Shown here: piece by piece, positions 36,301 to 48,751 of the stretch
How the letters are laid out: each line of letters opens with the position of its first letter
Position numbering within the stretch: the stretch's first letter is position 1
Assembly: GCA_038087875.1 (NCBI GenBank)
Contig: CM075996.1
Coordinates: forward strand, 1,800,001 to 1,864,000
From: Malacoraja senta
Taxonomy: Eukaryota
Reading direction: 5' to 3'
DNA: 64,000 nt
Position numbers and translations under genes: made by a program
The notes under the pieces: model-generated
What the model was told of the DNA's origin: nothing
Databases searched by the model: none
The model's input: only the letters and a program-made list of their open reading frames with translations

Positions 36301-37203
36301 AAATAAGGACTAAATAAGGACAAAACGGAGATAATTGTTTTTGGTGCTAAAAAATAAAGGCTTGAAGTAACCCAACACCTTCACTCTCTGTCCCTGAAAA
36401 CTTCAAACAAAGCCAGAAATCTCGGGGTTATTATGGATTCAGATTTACATTTCGACAGTCACATCAAATCAGTAACAAAATCGGCCTACTATCACCTAGC
36501 AAGACTAAGAGGACTCATGTCAGCTCAAGACTTAGCAAAACTTGTACATGCCTTTATTACTAGTAGGCTAGATTATTGTAACGGTCTCCTTGCAGGTCTT
36601 CCGGAAAAAAACTGTCAGGCAGCTACAGCTTGTTCAGAACGCTGTTGCTAGAGTTCTAACAAAGACCAACAAAATTGAACACATTACACCAATTCTTAAA
36701 TCCTTACATTGGCTCCCTGTATGTCAGAGAATTGATTTCAAAATCCTGCTGCTCACCTATAAATCACTACATGGTTTAGGGCCAAAGTATATCACTGACA
36801 TGCTTCCACTATATAAGCCTTCTAGACCGATCGCTAAGATCTTCTGAGACCAATCTGTTAGTGATTCCAGAGTAAATACAAAACATGGGAAAGCAGGATT
36901 TAGTTACTTTGCAACAAATAGCTGGAATAAACTTCCTGAAGATTTAAGACTTGCCCCGACTTTCACCACTTTTAAAACAAGACTGAAAACTTTTGTTTAA
37001 TTTAGCTTTCAGCTAAATCTTAACTACATTGCACTTTTAACTTTTGCACTTTTCTATAATGCATTTTTAACTTCGCTTTTCTTTTCTTTTAATTCTTCTA
37101 TTTTATTTAATTTTATTATTTCATTTTATTGTATGACATGTTTTTATGTGAAGCACTTTGAGTCTGCCTCGTGTATGAATGGTGCTATATAAATAAAGTT
37201 ACA
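36301..37203 (+). mobile_element. L2-clade LINE 3' fragment (frameshifted), nested in a CR1 fragment
   Basis: ARNLGVIMDSDL, LVHAFITSRLDYCN, LQLVQNAVARVL, HITPILKSLHWLPV..RIDFKILLL, FKTRLKT. L2-type 3' end GTGAAGCACTTTGAG...GTGCTATATAAATAAA. Flanks 36276-36300 and 37206+ are contiguous CR1 sequence. Confidence 0.9.
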
Positions 37204-37431
37204 GTTGCAGAGTCTCCTGCCCAGAGTAGGGGAATCGAGGACCAGAGGACATAGGTTCAAGATGAAGGGGAAAAGATGAAATCGGAATCCGAGGGTAATT
37301 TTTTCACACAGAGGGTGGTGGGTGTATGGAACGAGCTGCCAGAGGAGGTAGTTGAGGCTGGGACTATCCCAACGTTTAAGAAACAGTTAGACAGGTACAT
37401 GGATAGGACAGGTTTGGAGGTGTAGCTGGGA

Positions 37432-37713
37432 CAGGGGTGGGGAACCTGCGTCCTTAAGGCCTTCTAGGCCATTAAGTGTGGCCTTTTGAATGAATCCAAA
37501 TTTTGTAGATCAAATCCTTTTATTTTTATTGATATGTTTTTGTTTGTCTTTTATTATTTTTGTTTTAATCTTAAAATGAACGTACTTAAAATACCAAAGA
37601 GTAAAAGGAGATTCAACGAAATAACCCTATATCTAATTGAAGTTTCTTGGATGCGGCCTTATTAGATTACAGCTAACTTAATGCGGCCTTCCAACATGAA
37701 AAGGTACCCCAGC
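37432..37713. mobile_element. hAT-like MITE running into the assembly gap
   Basis: Left end CAGGGGTGGGGAACCT. The sequence before the gap, AAAAGGTACCCCAGC, resembles the start of the complementary TIR. AT-rich interior. TSD not checkable. Confidence 0.55.
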
Positions 37714-37913
37714 NNNNNNNNNNNNNNNNNNNNNNNNNNNNNNNNNNNNNNNNNNNNNNNNNNNNNNNNNNNNNNNNNNNNNNNNNNNNNNNNNNNNNNN
37801 NNNNNNNNNNNNNNNNNNNNNNNNNNNNNNNNNNNNNNNNNNNNNNNNNNNNNNNNNNNNNNNNNNNNNNNNNNNNNNNNNNNNNNNNNNNNNNNNNNNN
37901 NNNNNNNNNNNNN
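37714..37913. other. Assembly gap (200 N)
   Basis: Run of N. Confidence 1.
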
Positions 37914-39715
37914 CACCCGAGGTCGGGGCCAATTTGAAGCCTCCGCAGCCAGTCGCCACAAAGTAAGTATCAGGAATTCTGTTGCAGTTTGGGTTTCAGT
38001 TTAGTTTATTGTCACGTGTAGCGAGGTACAGCGAAAAGCTTTTGTTGCGTGCCATCCAGCCAGCAGCGAGACAATGCATGATTACAATCGAGCCATTCAC
38101 AGTGTATAGATGCACGATAAGGGAATAACGTTTAGAGACATAGGAAAATAGATATAGGCCATACGGCCCTTCGAGCCAGCACCGCCATTCAATATGATCA
38201 TGGCTGATCATCCAAAATCAGTACCCTGTTCCTGCTATTTCCCCATACCCCTTGATTCCTTTAGCCCTAATAACTAAATCTAACTCTCTCTTGTAAAGTG
38301 CAAGGTTGCTTCGTGCAACCTAGTGCAATCTCTAGTGTAGTCCGCTCCTAGAACTTACGAACTTATGAAGAGGTGACGTTTCGGGTCGAAACCCTTCTTC
38401 AGAATAACACAGACTGAAACAGAAAGTTGGAGCCTGCGATGGAACTTGCTTGGATGGAGTAAAATGGAATCGATGAATTCATGATGAACGAGGATAATCA
38501 TAGGAGGGGGAAAGTGTCAAATGAAAATGCCGGCAGAACTGTAGGCGGCATGCTGGCACAGCGGTAGAGTTGCTGCCTTACAGCGCGTGCAGCGCCAGAG
38601 ACCCGGGTTCGATCCCGACTACGGGCGCTGTCTGTGCGGAGTTTGTACGTTCTCCCCGTGACCTGTGTGGGTTTTCACAGATTTACCGATCTCCAGTTTC
38701 CTCCCACACTCCAAAGACGTACAGGTTCGTCGGTTCATTGGCTTGTTAAATGTAAAGATTGTGTTAATGTGTGGTCGGTGCGGACTTGGTGGGCCGAAGG
38801 GCCCGTTTCTGCGCTGCATCTCCAACCTAAACTAAACCGATGGGCAAAACGAACTGATTCTGAGCCGAAACGTCGATTTGAAAAAACCGAAAACGTGAAA
38901 AATGTAAAACTGTGGAGATTTTTCACAACTTTGGGTTTTAATCCCATGATTTATTTTTTTAAAAGGAGCATTGCATTGATTTCAACTTTTTTTAAATATT
39001 AAGGGGAAGTGACTTGGTGAGTCCAGGGACATATTTAAACAATTGTAACCAAGCCTTTCGAAAGTGAATTAAGGAAAACATAGAGGGCGGTGGAAAATTT
39101 GTAAAATTGTAATTACTAAATTGTTCATTTTAATTTCGAGATAGATTAGATTTAAGATAAGATTTGAGATGACAAGGGTACAGAGTTGGAGAGCAGTCAG
39201 CCATTAAATGATTGTACAGGTTCACAAACTTAAATGACTTATCTTCTCGAGACCAGCACACAAATTAAAATTAACAATTTTAAATGTGTTCCTAGTCCCA
39301 GACTCCCTGACAAAATCCTGTCGCTTCCCTTTAGTATATTTAAAACTCAATATCAATTTAATGCTTCCCTTCTGATAATAGTGGGAGGGTTTGCTTTGCA
39401 CAAAATGGCTGCTGTTGCATCTGAAGTTACAATAGTGGCCACACTTACAAAGGAGTATTAAAATGGTTGTAAAATTCGGGAACACCTCAGATCAAGGTAT
39501 CTGCGAGACGTAGAAGCAAGCAACTGCAGTTGCTGGCTTACACAAAAGGACACAAAGTGCTGGAGTAACTCAGAGGGTCAGGCAACTTCTCTGGTGACCT
39601 ATCGGGTCAGGAACCTTCTTCAGACTGATTGTAGGAGGGGCGGTGGGAGAGGAAGGGGTAAAGAATGCTTTCTTCCCTCCCCCCCCACCCACAATCAGCG
39701 TGAAGAAGGGTCCCG

Positions 39716-40190
39716 ACCTGAAACGTCACCTATCCATGTTCTCCAGAGATGCTGCCTGACCCGCTGAGTTACTCCAGCACTCTGTGAAACGTCACCTATC
39801 CATGTTCTCCACAGATGCTGCCTGACCCGCTGAGTTGCTCCAGCACTCTGTGAAACGTTACCTATCCATGTTCTCCACAGATGCTGCCTGACCCGCTGAG
39901 TTACTCCAGCACTCTGTGAAACGTCACCTATCCATGTTCTCCAGAGATGCTGCCTGACCCGCTGAGTTACTCCAGCACTCTGTGAAACGTTACCTATCAC
40001 CTATCCATGTTCTCCAGAGATGCTGCCTGACCTGCTGAGTTACTCCAGCACTCTGTGAAACGTCACCTATCTATGTTCTCCACAGATGCTGCCTGACCCG
40101 CTGAGTTACTCCAGCACTCTGTGAAACGTCACCTATCCATGTTCTCCTCAGATACTGCTTGACCCGCTGAGTTACTCCAGCACTCTGTGT
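39716..40190 (+). repeat. Tandem array of about 7 x 66-bp unit derived from the PLE terminal repeat
   Basis: Unit CTCTGTGAAACGTCACCTATCCATGTTCTCCACAGATGCTGCCTGACCCGCTGAGTTACTCCAGCA. It appears as the 22-aa repeat in spurious ORF 39695..40000. Confidence 0.9.
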
Positions 40191-40647
40191 CTTTATTTTG
40201 CCATGGGGAAGAAGGCACAGGAGCCTGAGAACCCTAACCTCCAGGTTCAAGAACAGCTTCTTCCCAACAACCATCAGGCTATTGAACGCTGCACAACACC
40301 AACCGCAACCCAACTACTATGAACTTTAGACACAAAATGCTGGAGTAACTCAGCGGGAAAGGCCAGACTGACCTTCAGTCTGAAGAAGGGTCTCGACCCG
40401 AAACATCACCCATTCCTTCTCTCCAGACATGCTGCCCGCCCCGCTGAGTTACTCCAGCATTTTGTGTCTATCTTTGGTTTAAACCAGCAGTTCCTTTATA
40501 CATACAATGAACTTGTACAGGTTTCTCTAAATACTACGCCTTGCACTGTACTTTATTATAATTTAGCAAGTATAATTTATTGTACTATACTGTATATTAT
40601 TGTATGTTTGTTGCATTGTTGTGTGAATGAGTCTGCAAAGTAAGTAA

Positions 40648-40804
40648 AGGGCCTGTCCCATTTACGCGATTTTTTCGGCGACTGGTGGCACCCGTCATAG
40701 TCGCAGCAGGTCGCCGAAAATGTGCAACATGTTGAAAATCCAACTCTTTGGGCAACTACTCACGACCATACAGGCATCACCTCACGACATGTCGGGCAGG
40801 CCCA
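40648..40804. mobile_element. Harbinger-type MITE, related subfamily with degenerate right TIR
   Basis: AGGGCCTGTCCCA left end; GGGCAGGCCCA right end; TAA on both sides. Confidence 0.6.
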
Positions 40805-41581
40805 TAAGGATCTCATCGTTCCATTCCTGGTGCGCATGTCTTTTTAGTTTTTTGTTTTCGAGATACTGCGTGGACACAGGCCCTTCAGCCCACAGAGTCT
40901 GTGCTGACCAGCGATCACCTGAAATCCAATTCTATTGTACCCACTTGGGACTATTTACAAAACGCAATTAACCTACAAACCTGCACGTCTTTGGAATGTG
41001 GGAGGAAACCGGAGCACCCGGAGAAAACCCACGCAGGTCACGGGGAGTACGTACAAACTCCGTACAGACAGCACCCGTAGTCAGGACCGAACCAGGGTCT
41101 CTGGCGCTGTGAGGCAGCAACTCTACCCGCTGCGCCACCGTGCCGCCCAAAATGACAATGAAACACTCTTGTCTCTTGACCCTTGGCCCTCAACCCTAGA
41201 TTACCAAGATTCGGTGCCAGAGGCACCCTTGACCTTATTATAGAGACATTACCACCAATCAGGGTCTGAGATAACAGCAGAGCAATGAATGAAAATGGGA
41301 GCCATCAAACCCAGACTAAAAAATAATAGGTCAAAATATTTTCCAAATAGGTGAGAAAGTACAAAACCTGTGATACTTTGAGGTCATGTCCAGGTCTCCC
41401 CAAGTTAGGCATCAGGATAAATAATTAAAAAGGCAAAGAAGGATCTCGACCCAAAACGTCACCCTTTCCTTCTCTCCAGAGATGCTTCCCGTCCCGCTGA
41501 GTTACTCCAGCATTTTGTGTCTAACAATTCAGCAACCTTTCTCCGAGGCAGGCTTGAATATAAGGAATTGGGATTTATATA

Positions 41582-44500
41582 CATAGACACATAGAAAATA
41601 GGTGCAGGAGTAGGCCATTCGGCCCTTCGAGCCTGCACCGCCATTCAATATGATCATGGCTGATCATCCAACTCAGTATCCCGTACCTGCCTTCTCTCCA
41701 TACCCCCTGATCCCTTTAGCCACAAGGGCCACATCTAACTCCCTCTTAAATATAGCCAATGAACTGGCCTCAACTATCCTCTGTGGCAGAGAGTTCCAGA
41801 GATTCACCACTCTCTGTGTGAAAAAGTTTTTTCTCATCTCGGCCTTAAAGGATTTCCCCCTAATCCTTAAGCTGTGACCCCTTGTCCTGGACTCCCCCAA
41901 CATCGGGAACAATCTTCCTGCATCTAGCCTGTCCAACCCATAAGAATTTTGTACGTTTCTATAAGATCCCCTCTCAATCTCCTAAATTCTAGCGAGTATA
42001 AGCCAAGTCTATCCAGTCTTTCTTCATATGAAAGACCTGACATCCCAGGAATCAGTCTGGTGAACCTTCTCTGCACTCCCTCTATGGCTATAATGTCCTT
42101 CCTCAGATTTGGAGACCAAAACTGTACGCAATACTCCAGGTGTGGTCTCACCAAGACCCTGTACAACTGCAGTAGAACCTCCCTGCTCCTATACTCAAAT
42201 CCTTTTGCTATGAAAGCTAACATACCATTCGCTTTCTTCACTGCCTGCTGCACCTGCATGCCTACTTTCAATGACTGGTGTACCATGACACCCAGGTCTC
42301 GCTGCATCTCCCCTTTTCCTAATCGGCCACCATTTAGATAATAGTCTACTTTCCTGTTTTTGCCACCAAAGTGGATAACCTCACATTTATCCACATTATA
42401 CTGCATCTGCCAAATATTTACCCAGCCTATCCAAGTCACCTTGCAGTCTCTTAGCATCCTCCTCACAGCTAACACTGCCCCCCAGCTTAGTGTCATCCGC
42501 AAACTTGGAGATGTTGCCTTCAATTCCCTCATCCAGTTCATTAATATAAATTGTAAATAGCTGGGGTCCCAGCACTGAGCCTTGCGGTACCCCACTAGTC
42601 ACTGCCTGCCATTGTGAAAAGGACCCGTTTACTCCTACTCTTTGCTTCCTGTTTGCCAGCCAGTTCTCTATCCACATCAATACTGAACCCCCAATACCGT
42701 GTGCTTTAAGTTTGTATACTAATCTCTTATGTGGGACCTTGTCAAAAGCCTTCTGAAAGTCCAGATACAACACATCCACTGGTTCTCCCCTATCCACTCT
42801 ACTAGTTACATCCTCGAAAAATTCTATAAGATTCGTCAGACATGATTTACCTTTCGTAAATCCATGCTGACTTTGTCCAATGATTTCACCACTTTCCAAA
42901 TGTGCTGCTATCCCATCTTTAATAACTGACTCTAGCAGTTTCCCCACTACCGATGTTAGACTAACTGGTCTGTAATTCCCCGTTTTCTCTCTCCCTCCCT
43001 TCTTAAAAAGTGGGGTTACGTTTGCTACCCTCCAATCCTCAGGAACTACTCCAGAATCTAAAGAGTTTTGAAAAATTATCACTAATGCATCCACTATTTC
43101 TGGAGCTACTTCCTTAAGTACTCTGGGATGCAGCCTATCTGGCCCTGGTGATTTATCGGCCTTTAATCCATTCAATTTACCCAACACCACTTCCCGACTA
43201 ACCTGGATTTCACTCAGTTCCTCTATTTCCTTTGACCCGCGGTCCCCTGCTATTTCCGGCAGATTATTTATGTCTTCCTTAGTGAAGACGGAACCAAAGT
43301 AGTTATTCAATTGGTCTGCCATATCCTTGTTCCCCATGATCAATTCACCTGTTTCTGACTGCAAGGGACCTACATTTGTTTTAACTAATCTCTTTCTCTT
43401 CACATATCTATAAAAACGTTTGCAGTCAGTTTTTAGGTTCCCTGCCAGTTTTCTTTCATAATCTATTTTCCCTTTCCTAATTAAGCCCTTTGTCCTCCTC
43501 TGCTTGTCTCTGAATTTCTCCCAGTCCTCTGGTATGCTGCTTTTTCTGGTTAATTTGTACGCATCATCTTTTGCTTTGATACCATCCCTGATTTCCCTTG
43601 TTATCCACGGATGCACTACCTTCCCTGATTTATTCTTTTGCCAAACTGGGATGAACAATATTTGTAGTTCATCCATGCAGTCTTTAAATGCCTTCCATTG
43701 CATTTCCACCGTCAACCCTTTTAGAACTAATTGCCAGTCAATCTTGGCCAATTCATGTCTCATACCCTCAAAGTTACCTTTCTTTAAGTTCAGAACCGTT
43801 GTTTCTGAATTAACAATGTCACTCTCCATCCTAATGAAGAACTCAACCATATTATGGTCACTCTTGCCCAAGGGGGCACGCACAACAAGACTGCTAACTA
43901 ACCCTTCCTCATTACTCAATACCCAGTCTAGAATAGCCTGCTCTCTCGTTGGTTCCTCTACATGTTGGTTTAGATAACTATCCCGCATACATTCCAAGAA
44001 ATCCTCTTCCTCAGCACCCCTGCCAATTTGATTCACCCAATCTATATGTAGATTGAAGTCACCCATTATAACTGTTTTGCCTTTGTTGCACGCATTTCTA
44101 ATTTCCTGTTTGATGCCATCCCCAACTTCACTACTACTGCTAGGTGGCCTGTACACAACACCCACCAGCGTTTTCTGCCCCTTAGTGTTTCGCAGCTCTA
44201 CCCATACCGATTCCCATCCTCCAAGCTAATGTTCTTCCTTTCCACTGCGTTAATCTCCTCTCTAACCAGCAACGCTACCCCACCTCCTTTTCCTTTCTGT
44301 CTATCCCTCCTGAATATTGAATATCCCTGGATGTTCAGCTCCCAGCCTTGGTCACCCTGGAGCCATGTCTCCGTGATCCCAACTATATCATAATCATTAA
44401 TTGCTATCTGCACGTTCAACTCATCCACCTTATTACGAATGCTCCTTGCATTGAGACACAAAGCCTTCAGGCTTGTTTTTACAACGCTCTTACCCCTTAT

Positions 44501-44731
44501 ACAATTATGTTGAAAAGTGGCCCTTTTTGATTTTTGCCCTGGATTTGTCTGCCTGCCACTTTTACTTTTCACCTTGCTACCTATTGCTTCCGCCCGCATT
44601 TTACACCCCTCTGTTTCTCTGCTCACCCATTTAAGAACCCCACCACCTCTTATTCTCTGTTTATTATTGTTTTCTTCTTTCCCCCCTACATGTTGGGTCT
44701 GAGTGCTTTCCTTCTCTGCCTCCTGCCTCAC
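41582..44731 (-). mobile_element. CR1 (HER1-like) LINE, about 3.1 kb, nearly complete ORF2 with 3' UTR and octamer-repeat tail
   Basis: Four overlapping minus-strand ORFs cover the APE endonuclease (CLNARSIRNK, GITETW, GDFN, LDWVL, SDH) and RT ([40 protein letters not shown]). The 3' tail is (CTATGTTT)-like at about 41582. Confidence 0.95.
41673..44731 (-). pseudogene. Frameshifted CR1 ORF2 (apurinic endonuclease + reverse transcriptase)
   Basis: ORFs 44198..44731, 42396..44165, 41924..42595 and 41673..41936 are consecutive pieces of one protein, joined by three frameshifts near 44200, 42420 and 41938. Confidence 0.9.
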
Positions 44732-46265
44732 ACACTGTCTAATAGCATTCTCTATTTGAGTCCCTTGGCTATCCCTCTATATGATAGCCTTGGTCAGGAT
44801 AACTGCATTAATCTCCAGGCATGGTACGACAGCAGGGGTAGATTGGTCTTGGAAGGTGTAGAGTGCAGGCCCGGATGGAGGAATGTGGACAATAGACAAT
44901 AGACAATAGGTGCAGGAGTAGGTCATTCGGCCCTTCGAGCCAGCACTGCCATTCAATGTGATCATGGCTGATCATCCCCAATCAGTAGCCCGTTCCTGCC
45001 TTCTCCCCATATCCCCTGACTCCGCTATCTTTAAGAACCCCATCTAGCTCTCTCTTGAAAGTATCCAGAGAACCGGCCTCCACCGCCCTCTGAGGCAGAG
45101 AATTCCACAGACTCACCACTCTCTGTGAGGACAAGTGTTTCCTCGTCTCCGTTCTAAATGGCTTACCCCTTATTCTTAAACTGAGTGTGGCCCCTGGTTC
45201 TGGACTCCCCCGACATCGGGAACATGGACAGGGTAGCGGTGGGTGCCGGAGGTCAGCAGGGACCCGCCGTCGAGGCCAAAGAGGGACAATTGGAGACTAC
45301 TATGTAACTTGGTCAGCACCCTATGCATACCTTGCAAAGAACCTCACGGTGACGTCACACGTGATAATGAAGTACCGATCAAACAAATTACGACGATTGG
45401 CTACACAAAACACTTTCTTGCTTGACGTCAAATAAACGTAAAGGATATTGAACAGCATGAAGATTCTGTGCAGGAGGGAACTGCAGATGCTGGTTTGCAC
45501 CGAGGATAAACACAAAATGCCGGAGTAACTCAGCGGGACAGGCAGCATCTCTGGAGAGAAGGAATTGGTGACTTTTCGAGTCTGAAGGAGGGTCTCGACC
45601 CAAAACGTCACCCATTCCTTCTCTCCAGAGATGCTGCCCGTCCCGCTGAGTTACTTCAGCATTTTGTGTCTGTGAAGATTCTGTATTTGTGCTCGTCCCA
45701 TTTGCCTGCATTTGGCCCATAGCCTTCTAAACCCTTCCTATCCATGTATCTGTCAGTTTAGTTTACTGTCACGTGTACCGAGGTACAGTGAAAAGCTTTT
45801 GTTGCGTGCTAACCAGTCAGCAGAAAGACAATACATGATTACAATCGAGCCGTCCACGGTGTACAGATACAGGATAAAGGGAATAACGTTTAGTGCAAGG
45901 TAAAGCCAGTAAAGTCAGATCAAGGATAGTCCGAGGGTCACCAATGTGTTAGATAGTAGTTCAGCACTGCTATCTGCTTGTGGTAGGATGGTTCAGTTGC
46001 CTGATAACAGCTGGGAAGAAACTGTCTCTGAAATGTCCAATTGTCCACATGTATTGTATCTGTTTCTCCAGCATATTGAAGGAGATGGAAGATACCAGTG
46101 ATGAGAGGAGATGATGGTGTAAGTGAACAAGGTGCATTTTCACATCTTTCTAGTAGTTTCATCCCACCAGTAAAAAAAAATTCAGACTAATTTTAATGTA
46201 TATTTGACATTTACAGTATGTAGTTAATTGAACTTAAATTTCCCAGCTACTGAAGTTTGGATTTG

Positions 46266-46367
46266 TATTTGGGTCTGAGGAAGGGTTTCGGCCCGAAACG
46301 TTGCCTATCTCCTTCGCTCCATAGATGCTGCTGCACCCGCTGAGTTTCTCCAGCATTTTTGTCTACC
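46266..46367 (+). mobile_element. 102-bp Penelope-derived mini-element with minimal hammerhead motif and 10-bp TSD
   Basis: TSD TTTGGATTTG at 46256-46265 and 46368-46377. The paralogous inverted copy has a single CAAATCCAAA (48942-48951), i.e. the empty site. Motif CTGAGGA A GGGTTTCGGCCC GAAACGTT at 46275-46302. Confidence 0.85.
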
Positions 46368-46858
46368 TTTGGATTTGAATTGATGTTCCCAGTTTTAAGT
46401 TCGAGCCTACAGAAAGCTGGACAATAACTAAACCATCTTGCGTCCACTGTGTGAGAGCAAACCAAGAGATCCCAGGGGCTACTAATCACAGTTTCTTCCC
46501 AGCTGTTATCAGGCAACTGAACCATCCTACCACAACCGGAGAGCGGTCCTGAGCTACCATGTACCTCATTGGAGACCCTCAGACTATCTTCAATCAGAGA
46601 GAGGTTTAACAGGCAAGTACTTTATTCCTTGGAGCGCAGGAGGCTGAGGGGTGATACAGAGGTTTGTAAAATCATGAGGGGAATAGATCGGGGGGATGCA
46701 CAGACCCTTTTACCCAGAGTAGTGGGATCAGTGTGGAGTCGCCCCCCCCCCCCCCCCCGGCCACTCCCTCTTCTCCCCTCTCCCATCAGGCAAAAGGCAC
46801 AGAAGCATGAAAACGCACACCTCCAGATTCAGGGACAGTTTCTTCCCAGCTGTTATCA

Positions 46859-48170
46859 AGTTCAAGTTCAAATTCAAGTGAGTTTATTGTCATGTGTCCC
46901 TGATAGGACAATGAAATTCTTGCTTTGCTTCAGCACAACAGAACATAGTAGGCATTGACTACAAGGCATTCTATAAATATATACACACATGAATCAATAT
47001 ACTGATAAAGTGCAAATAACAGTATTGGCTAATAAAGTTCAGTGTTATGTCCAAGCCAGGTTTAATAGCCTGATGGCTGTGGGGAAGTAGCTATTCCTGA
47101 ACCTGGTCGTTGCAGTCTTCAGGCTCCTGTACCTTCTACCTGAAGGTAGTAGGGAGATGAGTGTGTGGCCAGGATGGTGTGGGTCCTTGATGATACTGCC
47201 AGCCTTTTTGAGGCAGCGACTGCGATAGATCCCCTCGATGGAAGGGAGGTCAGAGCCAATGATGGACTGGGCAGTGTTTACTACTTTTTGTAGTCTTTTC
47301 CTCTCCAGGGCGCTCAAGTTGCCGAACCAAGCCACGATGCAACCGGTCAGCATGCTCTCTACTGTGCACCTGTAGAAGTTAGAGAGAGTCATCCTTGACA
47401 AACCGACTCTCCGTAATCTTCTCAGGAAGTAGAGGCGCTGATGTGCTTTCTTAATAATGGCATCGGTGTTCTCGGACCAGGAAAGATCTTCAGAGATGTG
47501 CACGCCCAGGAATTTGAAGCTCTTGACCCTTTCAACCATCGACCCGTTGATATAAACGGGACTGTGGCTCCCCATCCTACTCCTTCCAAAGTCCACAATC
47601 AGTTCCTTGGTTTTGCTGGTGTTGAGGGCCAGGTTATTGTGCTGGCACCATATGGACTGTTGCTCGATCTCTCTTCTATACTCTGACTCATCCCCATCAC
47701 TGATACGTCCCACAACAGTGGTGTCGTCAGCGAACTTGATGATGGAGTTCGCACTATGTCCGGCTACGCAGTCATGAGTATAGAGTGAGTACAGCAGGGG
47801 GCTGAGCACGCAGCCTTGAGGTGCTCCCGTGCTGATTGTTATCGAGTCTGACACATTTCCACCAATACGAACAGACTGTGGTCTGAGAGTGAGGAAGTCG
47901 AGGATCCAATTGCAGAGGGATGCGCAGAGACCCAGTTCTGCGAGTTTGGTAACCAGCTTGGAGAGGATGATTGTATTAAATGCCGAGCTGTAATCGATGA
48001 ATAACAGTCTGACATATGAGTTTTTGTTGTCCAAGTGGTCCAGAGCGGAGTGGAGGGCCAGCGAGATCGCATCCACCGTTGATCTGTTGTGGCGGTAAGC
48101 AAACTGCAGTGGGTCCAGGTTTTTGTCGAGGTAGGAGTTGATCTGCGTCATGATCAACCTCTCAAAGCAC
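46859..48170 (-). mobile_element. Rex1/Babar-clade LINE, 5'-truncated, with uninterrupted RT ORF and (TTGAAC)n tail
   Basis: ORF 47045..48196: [60 protein letters not shown]. Inserted into gctgttATCA|ggcaac of an older element, with ATCA on both sides (46855-46858, 48171-48174). Confidence 0.9.
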
Positions 48171-48751
48171 ATCAGGCAACTGAACCATCCTACCACAACC
48201 AGAGAGCAGTCCTGAGCTACTATCTACCTCATTGGTGACCCTCAGACTATCCTTGATCAGACTTTGCTGGCTTTACCTTGCACTAAACATTATTCCCTTA
48301 TCCTGTATCTGTACACTGTGGACGGCTCGATTGTAATCATGTATTGTCTTTCCGCTGACTGGTTAGCATGCAACTAAAGCAACCTCGGTACAGGTGACAA
48401 TAAACTAAACTGAACTAATCACTTCGGGATATTAAGCTAGGTTGTTTTTTAGAAGCTATTCCTCTTTGCCAACTGTAAAAGAGCACACATTTCTTATTAG
48501 GAGCCCCCTTTGTCTTGAATCTGTTAAAATACCAGAAATTGGAATTAGCTATGATCCTGTGGTTGACCTCGTGGTCAATCCCACTTCTCACAACTGACTG
48601 TCATCTATATACAAATGAAAAATCAGGCGTAATAATCCTATTGGCATGGTGGGTGAGAGGTAGTGGTGCTGCCATACAGCTCCAGCGATCCTGATTCCAT
48701 CCTGACTACCGGTGCTGTTTGTACAGTTTTGTACAGTTTTGTACAGTTTTG

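Noticed and set aside
39716..40190. Regular array that could be mistaken for CRISPR or a 22-aa repeat protein
   Set aside because: No unique spacers; the units are contiguous copies of a PLE-derived repeat in vertebrate DNA.
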